From Candidatus Nanoarchaeia archaeon (GTDB lineage: Archaea > Nanobdellota > Nanobdellia > SCGC-AAA011-G17 > JAGVZF01), in NCBI GenBank assembly GCA_035288965.1, contig DATDYQ010000048.1, positions 1 to 47,666 of the forward strand: a stretch of 47,666 nt of DNA, written 5' to 3'. The stretch's first letter is position 1. The number at the start of each line of letters is the position of its first letter. Below the pieces are notes generated by a model. The model had not been told where the DNA came from, did not search any database, and saw only the letters and a program-made list of their open reading frames with translations. Position numbers and translations under genes: made by a program. Of this stretch, positions 34,986-44,299 are shown piece by piece.

Positions 34986-35393
34986 ATGAAAATAGACAAC
35001 GATACAATAAACTTGATCAATTTGTTTGAGAAAATGACTAATTCTCATGTTAAAGATTGTTTTACTAGCAATGGAAGAATTGTTTTCGTTGTTAAAAATG
35101 GGGAAGCTAGGAATGCAATTGGTATAAAAGGAAGAAATGTAAATAAAATTGAATATATGATCAAGAAAAAAATAAAGATTGTTGAATATAATGATGATGT
35201 TGTTAAGTTTGTGAGAAGTTTTTTGTTTCCAATAAAACCAAGCGAGATTAAGTTTGAAAATGATATTATTGAGATAAAAGCTGATGATATGAAAGATAGA
35301 GGAATTTTAATTGGAAGAGATAGAAAGAATTTAATAAACTTAAAAGAAGTTGTGAATAAATATTTTAAAGTAAGTGATATTAAGATTGTTTAG
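34986..35393 (+). CDS. nusA: archaeal NusA-like KH-domain protein
   Basis: 135 aa with two KH-like GxxG segments (AIGIKGRNV, LIGRDRKNL). It is in the conserved operon position. Confidence 0.75.
   Translation: MKIDNDTINLINLFEKMTNSHVKDCFTSNGRIVFVVKNGEARNAIGIKGRNVNKIEYMIKKKIKIVEYNDDVVKFVRSFLFPIKPSEIKFENDIIEIKADDMKDRGILIGRDRKNLINLKEVVNKYFKVSDIKIV
35311..35393. repeat. 83-bp direct repeat, copy 1 (the authentic 3' end of nusA)
   Basis: Compared base by base, it is identical to 36594-36676. Confidence 0.95.
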
Positions 35394-35435
35394 ATAATTT
35401 CTTTATCATTTCTTCTAAATAATATTTTTGGGTGG

Positions 35436-35966
35436 TTATTTGAAAATAACTTCTTTAGTGATATCAATGAGTTCTTTACAAATCTTTTTCAAGTTGTTAA
35501 TTTTTGCTTCTTCTTTTACTGAAATCTGTACTCCATAAGTGTAACCCTCTCTTAGATCAATGATACTACTCTCTTTGATATCATCCATCTCTTCATATTC
35601 TAATAGTTCGATAAATTTTTCATCAAGCTGGATTTCATTATTCTCTTTGAGAAATCTTATTAGTGCGATAGTGCATGTCTGATTTGAAGATTCATAACCA
35701 AATTTAGTAGCGATTGCTAGGAAACAATGATAAATGCAATAGAATCCAGCTGATATAGACCAATCGGAAAATCCAATCTCTCTGAATTTTGTTATGCCAT
35801 CTAGGTTATGCTCTGCTTTGACTAGGTGTTTCTTCGCTTCTTTAATACTTGGGTCTATTTTCAACAAACCTCTATGTTTCTCTCTCTTGCCTAATTTTCT
35901 ACAATCTTTAATTTCTTTCTTTGCTTTGCTCAAACACCACTTCACCTGTTTAGAGGCTTGTGACAT
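35436..35966 (-). CDS. HEPN-domain protein (toxin partner of the MNT)
   Basis: 176-aa helical protein, ...AKKHLVKAEHNL...SAGFYCIYHCFLAIATKFG.... It overlaps the upstream nucleotidyltransferase gene by 17 nt. Confidence 0.65.
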   Translation of the reverse strand: MSQASKQVKWCLSKAKKEIKDCRKLGKREKHRGLLKIDPSIKEAKKHLVKAEHNLDGITKFREIGFSDWSISAGFYCIYHCFLAIATKFGYESSNQTCTIALIRFLKENNEIQLDEKFIELLEYEEMDDIKESSIIDLREGYTYGVQISVKEEAKINNLKKICKELIDITKEVIFK

Positions 35967-36540
35967 TTTTCAGTATCTCCACATATATATCCTGACCATA
36001 AATGATAATTGCATTTTTTATTATATCCAAGAAGGCTTTATCTTTCTTTTTAAGATTTTCTAATAAGTCTAAGTGAGTTAATTTGATAGCGTGAAGTTTT
36101 TTAGGAAGTATTTCTTCTTTTTTCTTCAAAACAGTATTTACTTCTTTGACCTCTTTATTTTCTAGTACTATCATTATATCAATATCTTGGGCATGAGCAT
36201 AATCTTTAATTGTAGAGCCAAAAAGCATGACTATTCTGTCTTTCTTAAAGAGTTCTTTAAATTCTTCTTTCCAGCGTTTGAATTTATTTGCTTCGTCTGC
36301 GAGTATGAAAGCAACGAGGTGAGTAACATAATCATTACTAAAATTAAGTTTGTAGATTATGGATTTTCCTATGGTTTTGCTTATTACCAAATTTTCCTGA
36401 AGAAGTCTTTTAAATATCTTCTGAGCACCAACATGGCTGATGTTAAGGATTTTGCTAATGGAATTGGCATTATAAAAATTAGTGTAATCTTTGAATAAGA
36501 TAATTACAGTTTCTCGTTCTTTTTGGGTCAAAGTTATCAT
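35950..36540 (-). CDS. nucleotidyltransferase (MNT-type) with N-terminal winged HTH
   Basis: The wHTH is ISKILNISHVGAQKIFKRLLQENLV. The minimal NTase motif is MLFGSTIKDYAHAQDIDIMIV (GS...DxD). Confidence 0.75.
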   Translation of the reverse strand: MITLTQKERETVIILFKDYTNFYNANSISKILNISHVGAQKIFKRLLQENLVISKTIGKSIIYKLNFSNDYVTHLVAFILADEANKFKRWKEEFKELFKKDRIVMLFGSTIKDYAHAQDIDIMIVLENKEVKEVNTVLKKKEEILPKKLHAIKLTHLDLLENLKKKDKAFLDIIKNAIIIYGQDIYVEILKNVTSL

Positions 36541-36593
36541 GGTAACATAAAGTTACTATATAGAAACTATGAGTTACTATATAAACTTTTCTG

Positions 36594-36676
36594 TTGGAAG
36601 AGATAGAAAGAATTTAATAAACTTAAAAGAAGTTGTGAATAAATATTTTAAAGTAAGTGATATTAAGATTGTTTAG
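36594..36676. repeat. 83-bp direct repeat, copy 2 (orphan duplicate of the nusA 3' end)
   Basis: Identical to 35311-35393. The flanks differ on both sides. The last 14 nt also encode the 3' end of minus-strand gene 36663-37739. Confidence 0.95.
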
Positions 36677-37739
36677 CGTATTTTTCCAACTTATTAATAT
36701 TAATACTTGTACTTGTTTTCTTTGATATATTGCTGCCCCATTCTGCGAATGTTATTGAATTTTTTTCATCAAAACAGAAGATATGTTTTAAATTATAATA
36801 AGAGAATACATAACAATTATCATTATCTTTATATTCTTCTGAGATTGATCGGATGTCTATTGTTTTAAGATAATTGATTATTTCATTCTTTGTCTTAGAA
36901 TCTAAATTTTCAGGAACTTGTTTTTGGCATCCTTTGTCAATTTTTACTGGATCAAATGTACAGTAACCGCGATCATATTCTCCAGATATACAAAATGCAT
37001 TTTTTAATTTTTCATTAGTTTCTATTTTTGGTGTTAATCTTACGTTTTTATTGACACATTCAAAGGCGGATTGAAATTCGGTAGATTCTTCAGAATATGC
37101 AAGGAAATAACATAAGCTTTCATTAATTTCCGGATATGATATAATATTTGGATGATCCCATAATATTAATCCATTAGTTTGTATTTGCTTTTTGCATGGA
37201 AATTTTGGTTCAACTTTATCATAATAACTTACAGAAACTTCATTACCATCACAAATGCAAGAATATTTTCCTCCATCTGCTTTTATATTACATCCTTCAA
37301 CAATATTCCCAAATGCTGGAGCAATTGGTCTTTCTGAATACATAGATTCAGCATAACCAATTAAATCTTGATGACAAAGTTCTCCATTAATTGGATTATA
37401 ATATTTATAATAATCTCCCTTATTTGATATAGAATATCCACTAGTAGTTGTATGATTTATAGTATAGTTCTCTACTTGATAATTATCATAAACTATAAAA
37501 ATTTCCTCTTCATATGCAAAATCTGTAGATCCTGCACTTCCTGCCCATCCATGAATTTCATTTTCTTTTTTGTAAGATCCTTCATAACTTACCGTATTTG
37601 AATTTAATTTACCAAGTAAATCAGAAAGTTTTATTTGATCAGCACTTGTTAGTTGATAATTTTGTTTTGTTGATTGAATACATCCACTAATAAAAATAAC
37701 TGAAAAAAATAGAACAAAATAAATAACCCTCTTTTTCAT
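36663..37739 (-). CDS. putative lipoprotein, hypothetical
   Basis: The signal peptide has a lipobox-like Cys (MKKRVIYFVLFFSVIFISGC). The mature part is Cys-rich. Confidence 0.55.
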   Translation of the reverse strand: MKKRVIYFVLFFSVIFISGCIQSTKQNYQLTSADQIKLSDLLGKLNSNTVSYEGSYKKENEIHGWAGSAGSTDFAYEEEIFIVYDNYQVENYTINHTTTSGYSISNKGDYYKYYNPINGELCHQDLIGYAESMYSERPIAPAFGNIVEGCNIKADGGKYSCICDGNEVSVSYYDKVEPKFPCKKQIQTNGLILWDHPNIISYPEINESLCYFLAYSEESTEFQSAFECVNKNVRLTPKIETNEKLKNAFCISGEYDRGYCTFDPVKIDKGCQKQVPENLDSKTKNEIINYLKTIDIRSISEEYKDNDNCYVFSYYNLKHIFCFDEKNSITFAEWGSNISKKTSTSININKLEKYAKQS

Positions 37740-37771
37740 ATAAATAACATAATTAATGGTTATATTTAAAT

Positions 37772-39310
37772 TTATTCATATTCTATTGTTGAAGGCGGTT
37801 TTTGGGTTATGTCATAAACAACTCGATTAACTCCTTGGACTTCATTTATTATTCTATTAGATATTTTTTCTAGCAGTTCATTTGGAATTTTTGCCCAATC
37901 TGCAGTCATTGCATCAACACTGGTTACAGCTCTTAAAGAGATAATATATTCATAAGTTCTTGAATCTCCCATTACACCGACTGATTTTACTGGAAATAAT
38001 GCTGCTAATGCTTGCCATGTTTTGTCATATTGTTTTGATTTTTTTAGTTCATCAATAAAAATATAATCTGATTCTCTTAAGATATTTAATTTTTCATTTG
38101 TTATTTCACCTAAAATTCTTATTGCTAAACCAGGTCCTGGAAATGGGTGTCTGTTTAATAATTCATTAGGAATTTTTAGCTCTTTCCCTAATTTTCTAAC
38201 TTCATCTTTGTAAAGTTCCTTTAATGGTTCAATAATTTTTAATTTCATTTTTTCAGGCAATGTTAAATTATGATGGCTTTTGATTTTAGAAGCAATTTTT
38301 GATGGCTGGGCACTTTCTATCCTATCTGGGTAAATTGTTCCTTGTCCTAAAAATTTAATATTTTTATATTTTTTATTTAGTTCGAAAACCTTATCTTCAA
38401 AAACTTGTATAAATGTGTGGCCGATTATTTTTCTTTTTTCTTCTGGATCCGAGATTTTGTTTAACTTTTCTAAAAATAATTTTGATGCATCTACATGGTG
38501 GAAATGTTTGAATTTTAGTTTATTTTCGAATAAATTTATTACTTCTTTTTCTTCATTTTTTCTTAATAAACCGTGATTAATAAAAACACAATGTAATCTT
38601 TCATTAATAGCTTTATTTAATAATGTAGCAGCTACTGCGCTATCTACACCCCCAGAAACCCCCATAATAACAGAATTGTTTCCTATTTCTTTTTTAATTT
38701 CTTTTATCAACTTATTCGGCAAATCTTTTATTCCCCAATTTTTCTTTGCATTGCAAATATCAAAAACAAAATTTTCAAAAATCTTAATTCCATTTAAAGT
38801 GTGAATAACTTCAGGATGAAATTGGACTCCGTATAGCTTTTTATTATTGTTTTCAAAAGCGGCAATCTTACAACTATCTGTTGAAGCTAGAATATTAAAA
38901 TCACTAGACATTGAGTTTATTAAATCTCCGTGACTCATCCATATTTGTTCTTTTTTAGACAAATTTTTTAGTAATGTTGATTGTTTTTTGATATATAATA
39001 TTTTTTTACCAAATTCTTTTAGTTTTCCATTAAGAACTTTTGAATTTGTGAGTTTTCCTATTAATTGTAAACCATAACAAATTCCTAGAATTGGAATATT
39101 AAGATTGAGAATTCTTTTATCTATTAATGGAGCTTTTTTATCATAGACACTTGATGGACCACCTGAAAAAATAATTCCGGATGGGTTTATTTTTTTTATT
39201 TTTTCTAATGAAGTATTGTAAGGTAATATTTCAGAATAAACTCCAAGATCTCTAACTCTTCTTGCTATTAAATGGCAATATTGGCCACCAAAATTTATGA
39301 TTAATATCAT
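37772..39310 (-). CDS. guaA: GMP synthase (glutamine-hydrolysing)
   Basis: An N-terminal GATase domain (ILGICYGLQL, FHPE) is followed by the PP-loop SGGVDS. The C-terminal dimerisation domain ends PPSTIEYE. Confidence 0.9.
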   Translation of the reverse strand: MILIINFGGQYCHLIARRVRDLGVYSEILPYNTSLEKIKKINPSGIIFSGGPSSVYDKKAPLIDKRILNLNIPILGICYGLQLIGKLTNSKVLNGKLKEFGKKILYIKKQSTLLKNLSKKEQIWMSHGDLINSMSSDFNILASTDSCKIAAFENNNKKLYGVQFHPEVIHTLNGIKIFENFVFDICNAKKNWGIKDLPNKLIKEIKKEIGNNSVIMGVSGGVDSAVAATLLNKAINERLHCVFINHGLLRKNEEKEVINLFENKLKFKHFHHVDASKLFLEKLNKISDPEEKRKIIGHTFIQVFEDKVFELNKKYKNIKFLGQGTIYPDRIESAQPSKIASKIKSHHNLTLPEKMKLKIIEPLKELYKDEVRKLGKELKIPNELLNRHPFPGPGLAIRILGEITNEKLNILRESDYIFIDELKKSKQYDKTWQALAALFPVKSVGVMGDSRTYEYIISLRAVTSVDAMTADWAKIPNELLEKISNRIINEVQGVNRVVYDITQKPPSTIEYE

Positions 39311-39354
39311 CTTAATATGTGTTAGTTATATTATATAAATTTTTAGTATGTTAG

Positions 39355-39369
39355 AAAGCTTTATAAATC
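39355..39369 (+). promoter_or_regulatory. BRE/TATA promoter (aaagctttataaatc) of rps12
   Basis: The TATA 5' edge is 30 nt upstream of ATG 39390. Confidence 0.6.
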
Positions 39370-39389
39370 AATAGAAAGCTAAAAAATAC

Positions 39390-39827
39390 ATGGGAAATAA
39401 ATCTAGGGGATTAATGGCCGGAAAGAGACTAAAGATGAGAAGAAAAACCGGAAGATGGCACAATAAATGGTATATTAAAAGAGTTCTTAGATTGAAAGAA
39501 AAGTCAGATCCTTTGGGTGGAGCAAGCCAAGCTAAAGGAATTGTTTTAGAAAAAAAACAAGTTGAAGCAAAACAGCCAAATTCAGGAATGAGGAAATGTG
39601 TAGTCGTTCAGTTAATGAAAAATGGAAGAAAGGTAACTGCATTTACACCCGGAAATAATGCTATTAAAATGATAGATGAGCATGATGAAGTTGTAATTGA
39701 AAATATGGGTGGAACAAAAGGAAGAGCTAAAGGTGATATTCCTGCTGTTAGGTGGCAAGTTATTAAGGTAAATGATCAGAGTTTGAAAGCTTTATTATCT
39801 GGAAAGATAGAGAAAGGTAGAAGATAA
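39390..39827 (+). CDS. rps12: ribosomal protein S12 (uS12)
   Basis: Motifs: ...[37 protein letters not shown].... Confidence 0.92.
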   Translation: MGNKSRGLMAGKRLKMRRKTGRWHNKWYIKRVLRLKEKSDPLGGASQAKGIVLEKKQVEAKQPNSGMRKCVVVQLMKNGRKVTAFTPGNNAIKMIDEHDEVVIENMGGTKGRAKGDIPAVRWQVIKVNDQSLKALLSGKIEKGRR

Positions 39828-39882
39828 ATATAATTTTTATAGAATATGAATTTATATAAACTAATTCTATTATTTTTATTTT

Positions 39883-41787
39883 ATGTGGGAATTTAATAGA
39901 GATAATCACGAAAGACTTGTTGAAAGTGTGTCTAAAATGAGGAATTCTGATATTGTTGAAAATCTGGAATATGAAGAGCCAAAATACACTTCTGCAAAAA
40001 CTGGGGAAATGTTAAATCCAGAGGTTATTGATCTAACTAAAAAGATATATACAAATTTAGACTTGCCTGTCGCTGGATTTAATCAAGGTGGTTTAATATC
40101 TGGAATGGCAATTTGTAAGCAAAGCAGAGCGGAAGATGATGCAAGAGTGATTACGGCTAGAATGATTCAGGGCAATAAAAAATTGAGGAATGCCTTGGAT
40201 AAATTACAGATTCCGGATTATATGTCTGAAATAGGCGGTCCATTTTTTGAAGCTGTTTGGGATGAGTATGGTGATGATTCTGTTGCAAGAAATGTAGATT
40301 TTTCAGCAGTATTTCATGGAGTTTCTATGTTAGAAGCTATGACTTTGTTGCATAATCGGGTTTTGTTTGGAATAGAAAAATCTACAAGGTATGTTGATTA
40401 TAGTGAGAGAAGAAGAGATGGGAATTTTAACTATATTGTTGATCCTTTGATTAAAATGGTAGGATTAGAAAATGATTTTAGAAGAACAACTGATAGATTT
40501 TTTAAGATATATTCTAGAGTTATCAATGATAAAGGGGATAAATATAAAGAATTATTGGGATGGATTGGCAATAATCTACCTTTTGAAAATTTCAAAGAAA
40601 AAGCCCAGGAATCTTTAAAAAGATTGGGCCAAGAATATGCAACAGATGAAGAATTAAAAGAAGGATATAGCAGAACAATAAGCGCTGCTCTTAAAGATCA
40701 AGTAAGACATTTGCTCCCTCTTTCTGCGAGAACAAGTCTTGGCATTATCTTTAATGCTGAAGCTATGCGTCATTTAGTATATCAACAGCAATCTAGATTT
40801 TTTGCTGAAGGAATTATGATAAATGAATTATTTAAAAGAGAGATGAAAAAATTAGTCGGACCTTTATTAGACCATACAGAATATGATGATAAAAGATCTA
40901 TTGAAAGTCGTGATTTCCTTTTTGAAACGAGAAAACCATTAATAGGATATAAAATAAGAGATATTGATTTTAAAGAAGCTGATAGCATAATAAAAAATGA
41001 AAAACTTAAATTAGATGTTTATAGATATGGTGATTTTGTAAAAGTAAATGATTCTAATTTAAATCTAGAAATTATGTTTAATTTAGATGGAAGTTTAGAT
41101 GACCTTATTTCTGCAATATTACGAGAAAAAGTTTCTAATATAACGATTACTCAATCTAATAATGAAGTTAAACATATGTCTAGAGAACAAAAAATAAAAT
41201 TGTTGAATAATTATGCGGGAATTGGACATGATGATTTAAGAAAAAATAGAAGATATAAACCCGGGAGGGCTTTTGAAGTTGTAAGTTTGGATTTAACTAT
41301 GTTAATGCCAATAGCTGAAATAAGGGATATTCGAAGACATACTGTTCCATCTTATCTTGATCCTTTAAATTTTAATCCAGAACTTGGATCTTATATATCT
41401 CCTGGATTAAGAGCAATAGGATTAGAGGGGGATATTCAAAAAGCTAATAAAGAATCAAGCAGTATGTGGTATAGGATTAATGAAAAATGTGGTCCTTATG
41501 CTGCCAGCACTTCATTACCAATGTCGACATTTGGTTCGATGAATACTAAGATTAATTTAAGAGAGGATTTTCATATAAATGAATTAAGAACTCAGACAGG
41601 GGCTGCCCCTGTTTATTTGAGATTATGTCAGATGAAATATGCTGGTTTAAGTGTTTTAATGCCTGAAGTGGCAAGATTGATGAAGTTTGTAAATCAAGAA
41701 ACTGAAATTGACTTTGGAAGATCCATACAGGAAATGCGTTCTATCAAAAAAAGAAAGGAATCTCAAGAGAAAGTAAATATTGCTTAG
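39883..41787 (+). CDS. large ThyX-like (FAD-dependent thymidylate synthase-like) protein, probable fused pseudo-dimer
   Basis: LLHNRVLFGIEKSTRYVDY resembles a degenerate RHRxxSxxxxSxRY ThyX signature. INLREDFHINELRTQTGAAPVYLRLCQM resembles the ThyX C-terminal NLRE..H...LR...AQ.EIR motif. At 634 aa it is over twice the length I recall for a ThyX monomer. Confidence 0.5.
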   Translation: MWEFNRDNHERLVESVSKMRNSDIVENLEYEEPKYTSAKTGEMLNPEVIDLTKKIYTNLDLPVAGFNQGGLISGMAICKQSRAEDDARVITARMIQGNKKLRNALDKLQIPDYMSEIGGPFFEAVWDEYGDDSVARNVDFSAVFHGVSMLEAMTLLHNRVLFGIEKSTRYVDYSERRRDGNFNYIVDPLIKMVGLENDFRRTTDRFFKIYSRVINDKGDKYKELLGWIGNNLPFENFKEKAQESLKRLGQEYATDEELKEGYSRTISAALKDQVRHLLPLSARTSLGIIFNAEAMRHLVYQQQSRFFAEGIMINELFKREMKKLVGPLLDHTEYDDKRSIESRDFLFETRKPLIGYKIRDIDFKEADSIIKNEKLKLDVYRYGDFVKVNDSNLNLEIMFNLDGSLDDLISAILREKVSNITITQSNNEVKHMSREQKIKLLNNYAGIGHDDLRKNRRYKPGRAFEVVSLDLTMLMPIAEIRDIRRHTVPSYLDPLNFNPELGSYISPGLRAIGLEGDIQKANKESSSMWYRINEKCGPYAASTSLPMSTFGSMNTKINLREDFHINELRTQTGAAPVYLRLCQMKYAGLSVLMPEVARLMKFVNQETEIDFGRSIQEMRSIKKRKESQEKVNIA

Positions 41788-41897
41788 TATTTATATAATT
41801 TTTTTATATTAACTCAGAAATTTCGGTATTGTGTATAATAATCGGGGTTGTAATAAGATTAGCTTTGATGACAATATGTGGTAAACTAGATAGAAAG

Positions 41898-41912
41898 AAA
41901 GCTTTATAAATA
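41898..41912 (+). promoter_or_regulatory. BRE/TATA promoter (aaagctttataaata) of rps7
   Basis: The TATA 5' edge is 30 nt upstream of ATG 41933, the same spacing as rps12. Confidence 0.6.
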
Positions 41913-41932
41913 GAATAAAAACTCAAAAAGTT

Positions 41933-42529
41933 ATGGACTTTAAATTATTTAATAGATGGGATGTAAGTACATTAAAAGTAAATGATGTAGCGCTTCAAAG
42001 TTATATAAACATTAAACCAATTCTAGTTCCAAGAACAGCTGGAAGAGCTGCTAAAAATAGATTATGGAATGATAAAGCTCCAATTGTTGAAAGATTGATG
42101 AACAAGATATTAATTCCGGGACATAAGGGAAAAAAACATAAGATATCAAGCGGAAGATCTTCTGGGAAAGCTGTAATGGCTTATCAAATTGTTATAAAGA
42201 CGTTTCAAATAATAGAACAAACAACAAAGAAAAATCCTATTGAAGTTTTTGTTAAGGCTTTGGAAAATGCTGCACCTAGAGAAGAAATTACAACAATAGA
42301 ATATGGTGGAGCAAGATATCCGCAAGCTGTTGATATCGCACCTCAGAGAAGAATAGATTTAGCTTTGAGGTTAATGACACAAGGAGCTTATCAGAAATCT
42401 TTTAATAATAAAGTAAGATATGAAAAAGTTTTGGCTGATGAGATTATAGCTGCTAGTTTAGTTGATCAGAAAAGTGCGGCTATAGCTAAGAAATTAGAAT
42501 TAGAAAGACAGGCTGATGCAAGTAGATAA
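41933..42529 (+). CDS. rps7: ribosomal protein S7 (uS7)
   Basis: 198 aa. The pattern ...IVERLMNKI...GKK......A...VE.GGARY.QAVD..P.RR.DLALR is typical of archaeal S7. Confidence 0.92.
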   Translation: MDFKLFNRWDVSTLKVNDVALQSYINIKPILVPRTAGRAAKNRLWNDKAPIVERLMNKILIPGHKGKKHKISSGRSSGKAVMAYQIVIKTFQIIEQTTKKNPIEVFVKALENAAPREEITTIEYGGARYPQAVDIAPQRRIDLALRLMTQGAYQKSFNNKVRYEKVLADEIIAASLVDQKSAAIAKKLELERQADASR

Positions 42530-42559
42530 AGTTATAAAGAAGTAAAGCATTTTTTTTAT

Positions 42560-43048
42560 ATGTTAAAAAAAGAGCAGTATGTTTGGGTGATATTAAGACT
42601 TTTAATGGGATGGACTTTTTTATGGGCTTTTTTTGACAAATTATTTGGATTGGGTTTTGCTACTAAAGCTGATAAAGCATGGATTTTGGGAAATTCTCCC
42701 ACTTATGGATTTTTAAAACTTGGAACTCATGGTCCTTTTGCTTCTTTTTTCCAAAGTTTAGCAGGAAATGTATTTGTTGATTGGCTTTTTATGATGGGAT
42801 TATTATTTTTAGGGATAGCATTCCTTTTTGGAATTGGAGTTAGATTGGCTAGTTATTTGGGAAGCTTATTATTTTTATTAATGTGGCTTGCTTTAATACC
42901 TCCAGCAAACAATCCATTTTTAGATGAGCATATTATTTATATAACAATTTTAATAGGATTATCAACTGTGAAAGCTGGACATTGGTTTGGATTTGGGAAA
43001 TGGTGGGATAAGGGAAAATTAGCAAGGAAATATAGATTTTTACAATAA
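42560..43048 (+). CDS. DoxX-family membrane protein
   Basis: It has four hydrophobic segments, and the N-terminus VILRLLMGWTFLWAFFDKLFG is typical of DoxX/DoxD-like proteins. Confidence 0.6.
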   Translation: MLKKEQYVWVILRLLMGWTFLWAFFDKLFGLGFATKADKAWILGNSPTYGFLKLGTHGPFASFFQSLAGNVFVDWLFMMGLLFLGIAFLFGIGVRLASYLGSLLFLLMWLALIPPANNPFLDEHIIYITILIGLSTVKAGHWFGFGKWWDKGKLARKYRFLQ

Positions 43049-43103
43049 AATTATTTAGCAATTTTCCATTAAGTTTATATATAATAAATGATTTAATTAT
43101 AAT

Positions 43104-44273
43104 ATGAAATATTTCATTATTCTATTAATATTTTCATTACTAATTGTTGTTGGTGGTTGTGTTGAAGAAGGAAATTTCATATCTACTTCTACATACACTC
43201 AAAAAGATTCTGGAATAATAGAGGTAGTACATATTACTAGGGCAGGATATGTAGTGGTGCATGAAAACAATGATGGTGTTCCGGGAGAAGTTTTGGGAGT
43301 TAGTGAATTAATTTATGGCACTAACTATGATATTAAAATTTCAAATAATAAAGAGCCAACTACACCGAGTGTTGTTATTAAGCTTTATTATGATAATGGA
43401 GATTCTGTGTTTGATATTAAGGATGATATTCCAGTAGAATCAAATGGTGCTACAATTATAGTTCCTATAGGTAGTGTTATTCCTAGAGTATTTAATGGGA
43501 GTTTACAACGATTTGAACCATTTAAAGTTGATGCTACAATATTAGATATTTATACCGTATATAAAGGTGGTCTTAAAGAAATGGGTAAAATCAAAATTAA
43601 TAAAATATTAGAACCATGTGGATCATCTGCTTGGAAGTGCAAGACAAAGATGATAGAAGGAGATGTATTGGAAGTTTTTTTTGAGGGAGGTACTAAAGTG
43701 GAAGGTTATTGTCCTCCTGATACAAGTTTAGCACCATGCTCAATGGGTTATGATATTAAAAAAGGAGACGATATGGAAGCAATGATTCAGATTGATATTG
43801 AAGATTCATCATATAAAAGAAATCTTGTTTTTGTGATAAGAGAAATAGAAAAAACAGCTGGAGATGATCAATGCGAGGTGCGAATCACAGGATGCGACCT
43901 ATATTGCGTTGATAAAAAATCTACTTCACCAGCAAATACGCCCAGGGATGCATGTCATTATACTTCTGAATCCTGGTGTAGTTCAACATGTGGAATGAAA
44001 AATAATGTTTGTGATTTTGATCAGAAGTGTGTAAGTTGCGCTAAATCATGTGAAGCAGAAATTGGAGGATTAAATTATTTATCAAACTCAGTAGATATAG
44101 CCAGAATGCAAGGGTGTGTAAAAAACTGCCAAGCTCCATTAACTACATGTGGTAATGGAATATGTGAAAACAATGAGGGTGCAATTGGGTGCGATCCACC
44201 AAATGAAGGTCAAAATCCTTGCGTGGGATATATATTCTGTCCTGAAGATTGTGCAGAAGGAGACTTTCCTTAA
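43104..44273 (+). CDS. putative lipoprotein with Cys-rich C-terminal domain
   Basis: The signal/lipobox is MKYFIILLIFSLLIVVGGC. More than 20 Cys lie in the last ~170 aa. Confidence 0.55.
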   Translation: MKYFIILLIFSLLIVVGGCVEEGNFISTSTYTQKDSGIIEVVHITRAGYVVVHENNDGVPGEVLGVSELIYGTNYDIKISNNKEPTTPSVVIKLYYDNGDSVFDIKDDIPVESNGATIIVPIGSVIPRVFNGSLQRFEPFKVDATILDIYTVYKGGLKEMGKIKINKILEPCGSSAWKCKTKMIEGDVLEVFFEGGTKVEGYCPPDTSLAPCSMGYDIKKGDDMEAMIQIDIEDSSYKRNLVFVIREIEKTAGDDQCEVRITGCDLYCVDKKSTSPANTPRDACHYTSESWCSSTCGMKNNVCDFDQKCVSCAKSCEAEIGGLNYLSNSVDIARMQGCVKNCQAPLTTCGNGICENNEGAIGCDPPNEGQNPCVGYIFCPEDCAEGDFP

Positions 44274-44299
44274 ATTTTTTAAATTACTGATTTTTAAAT

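Noticed and set aside
35794-36498. Plus-strand ORFs 35794-36063 and 36187-36498.
   Set aside because: They are antisense to the HEPN and MNT genes, which carry recognisable domain motifs.
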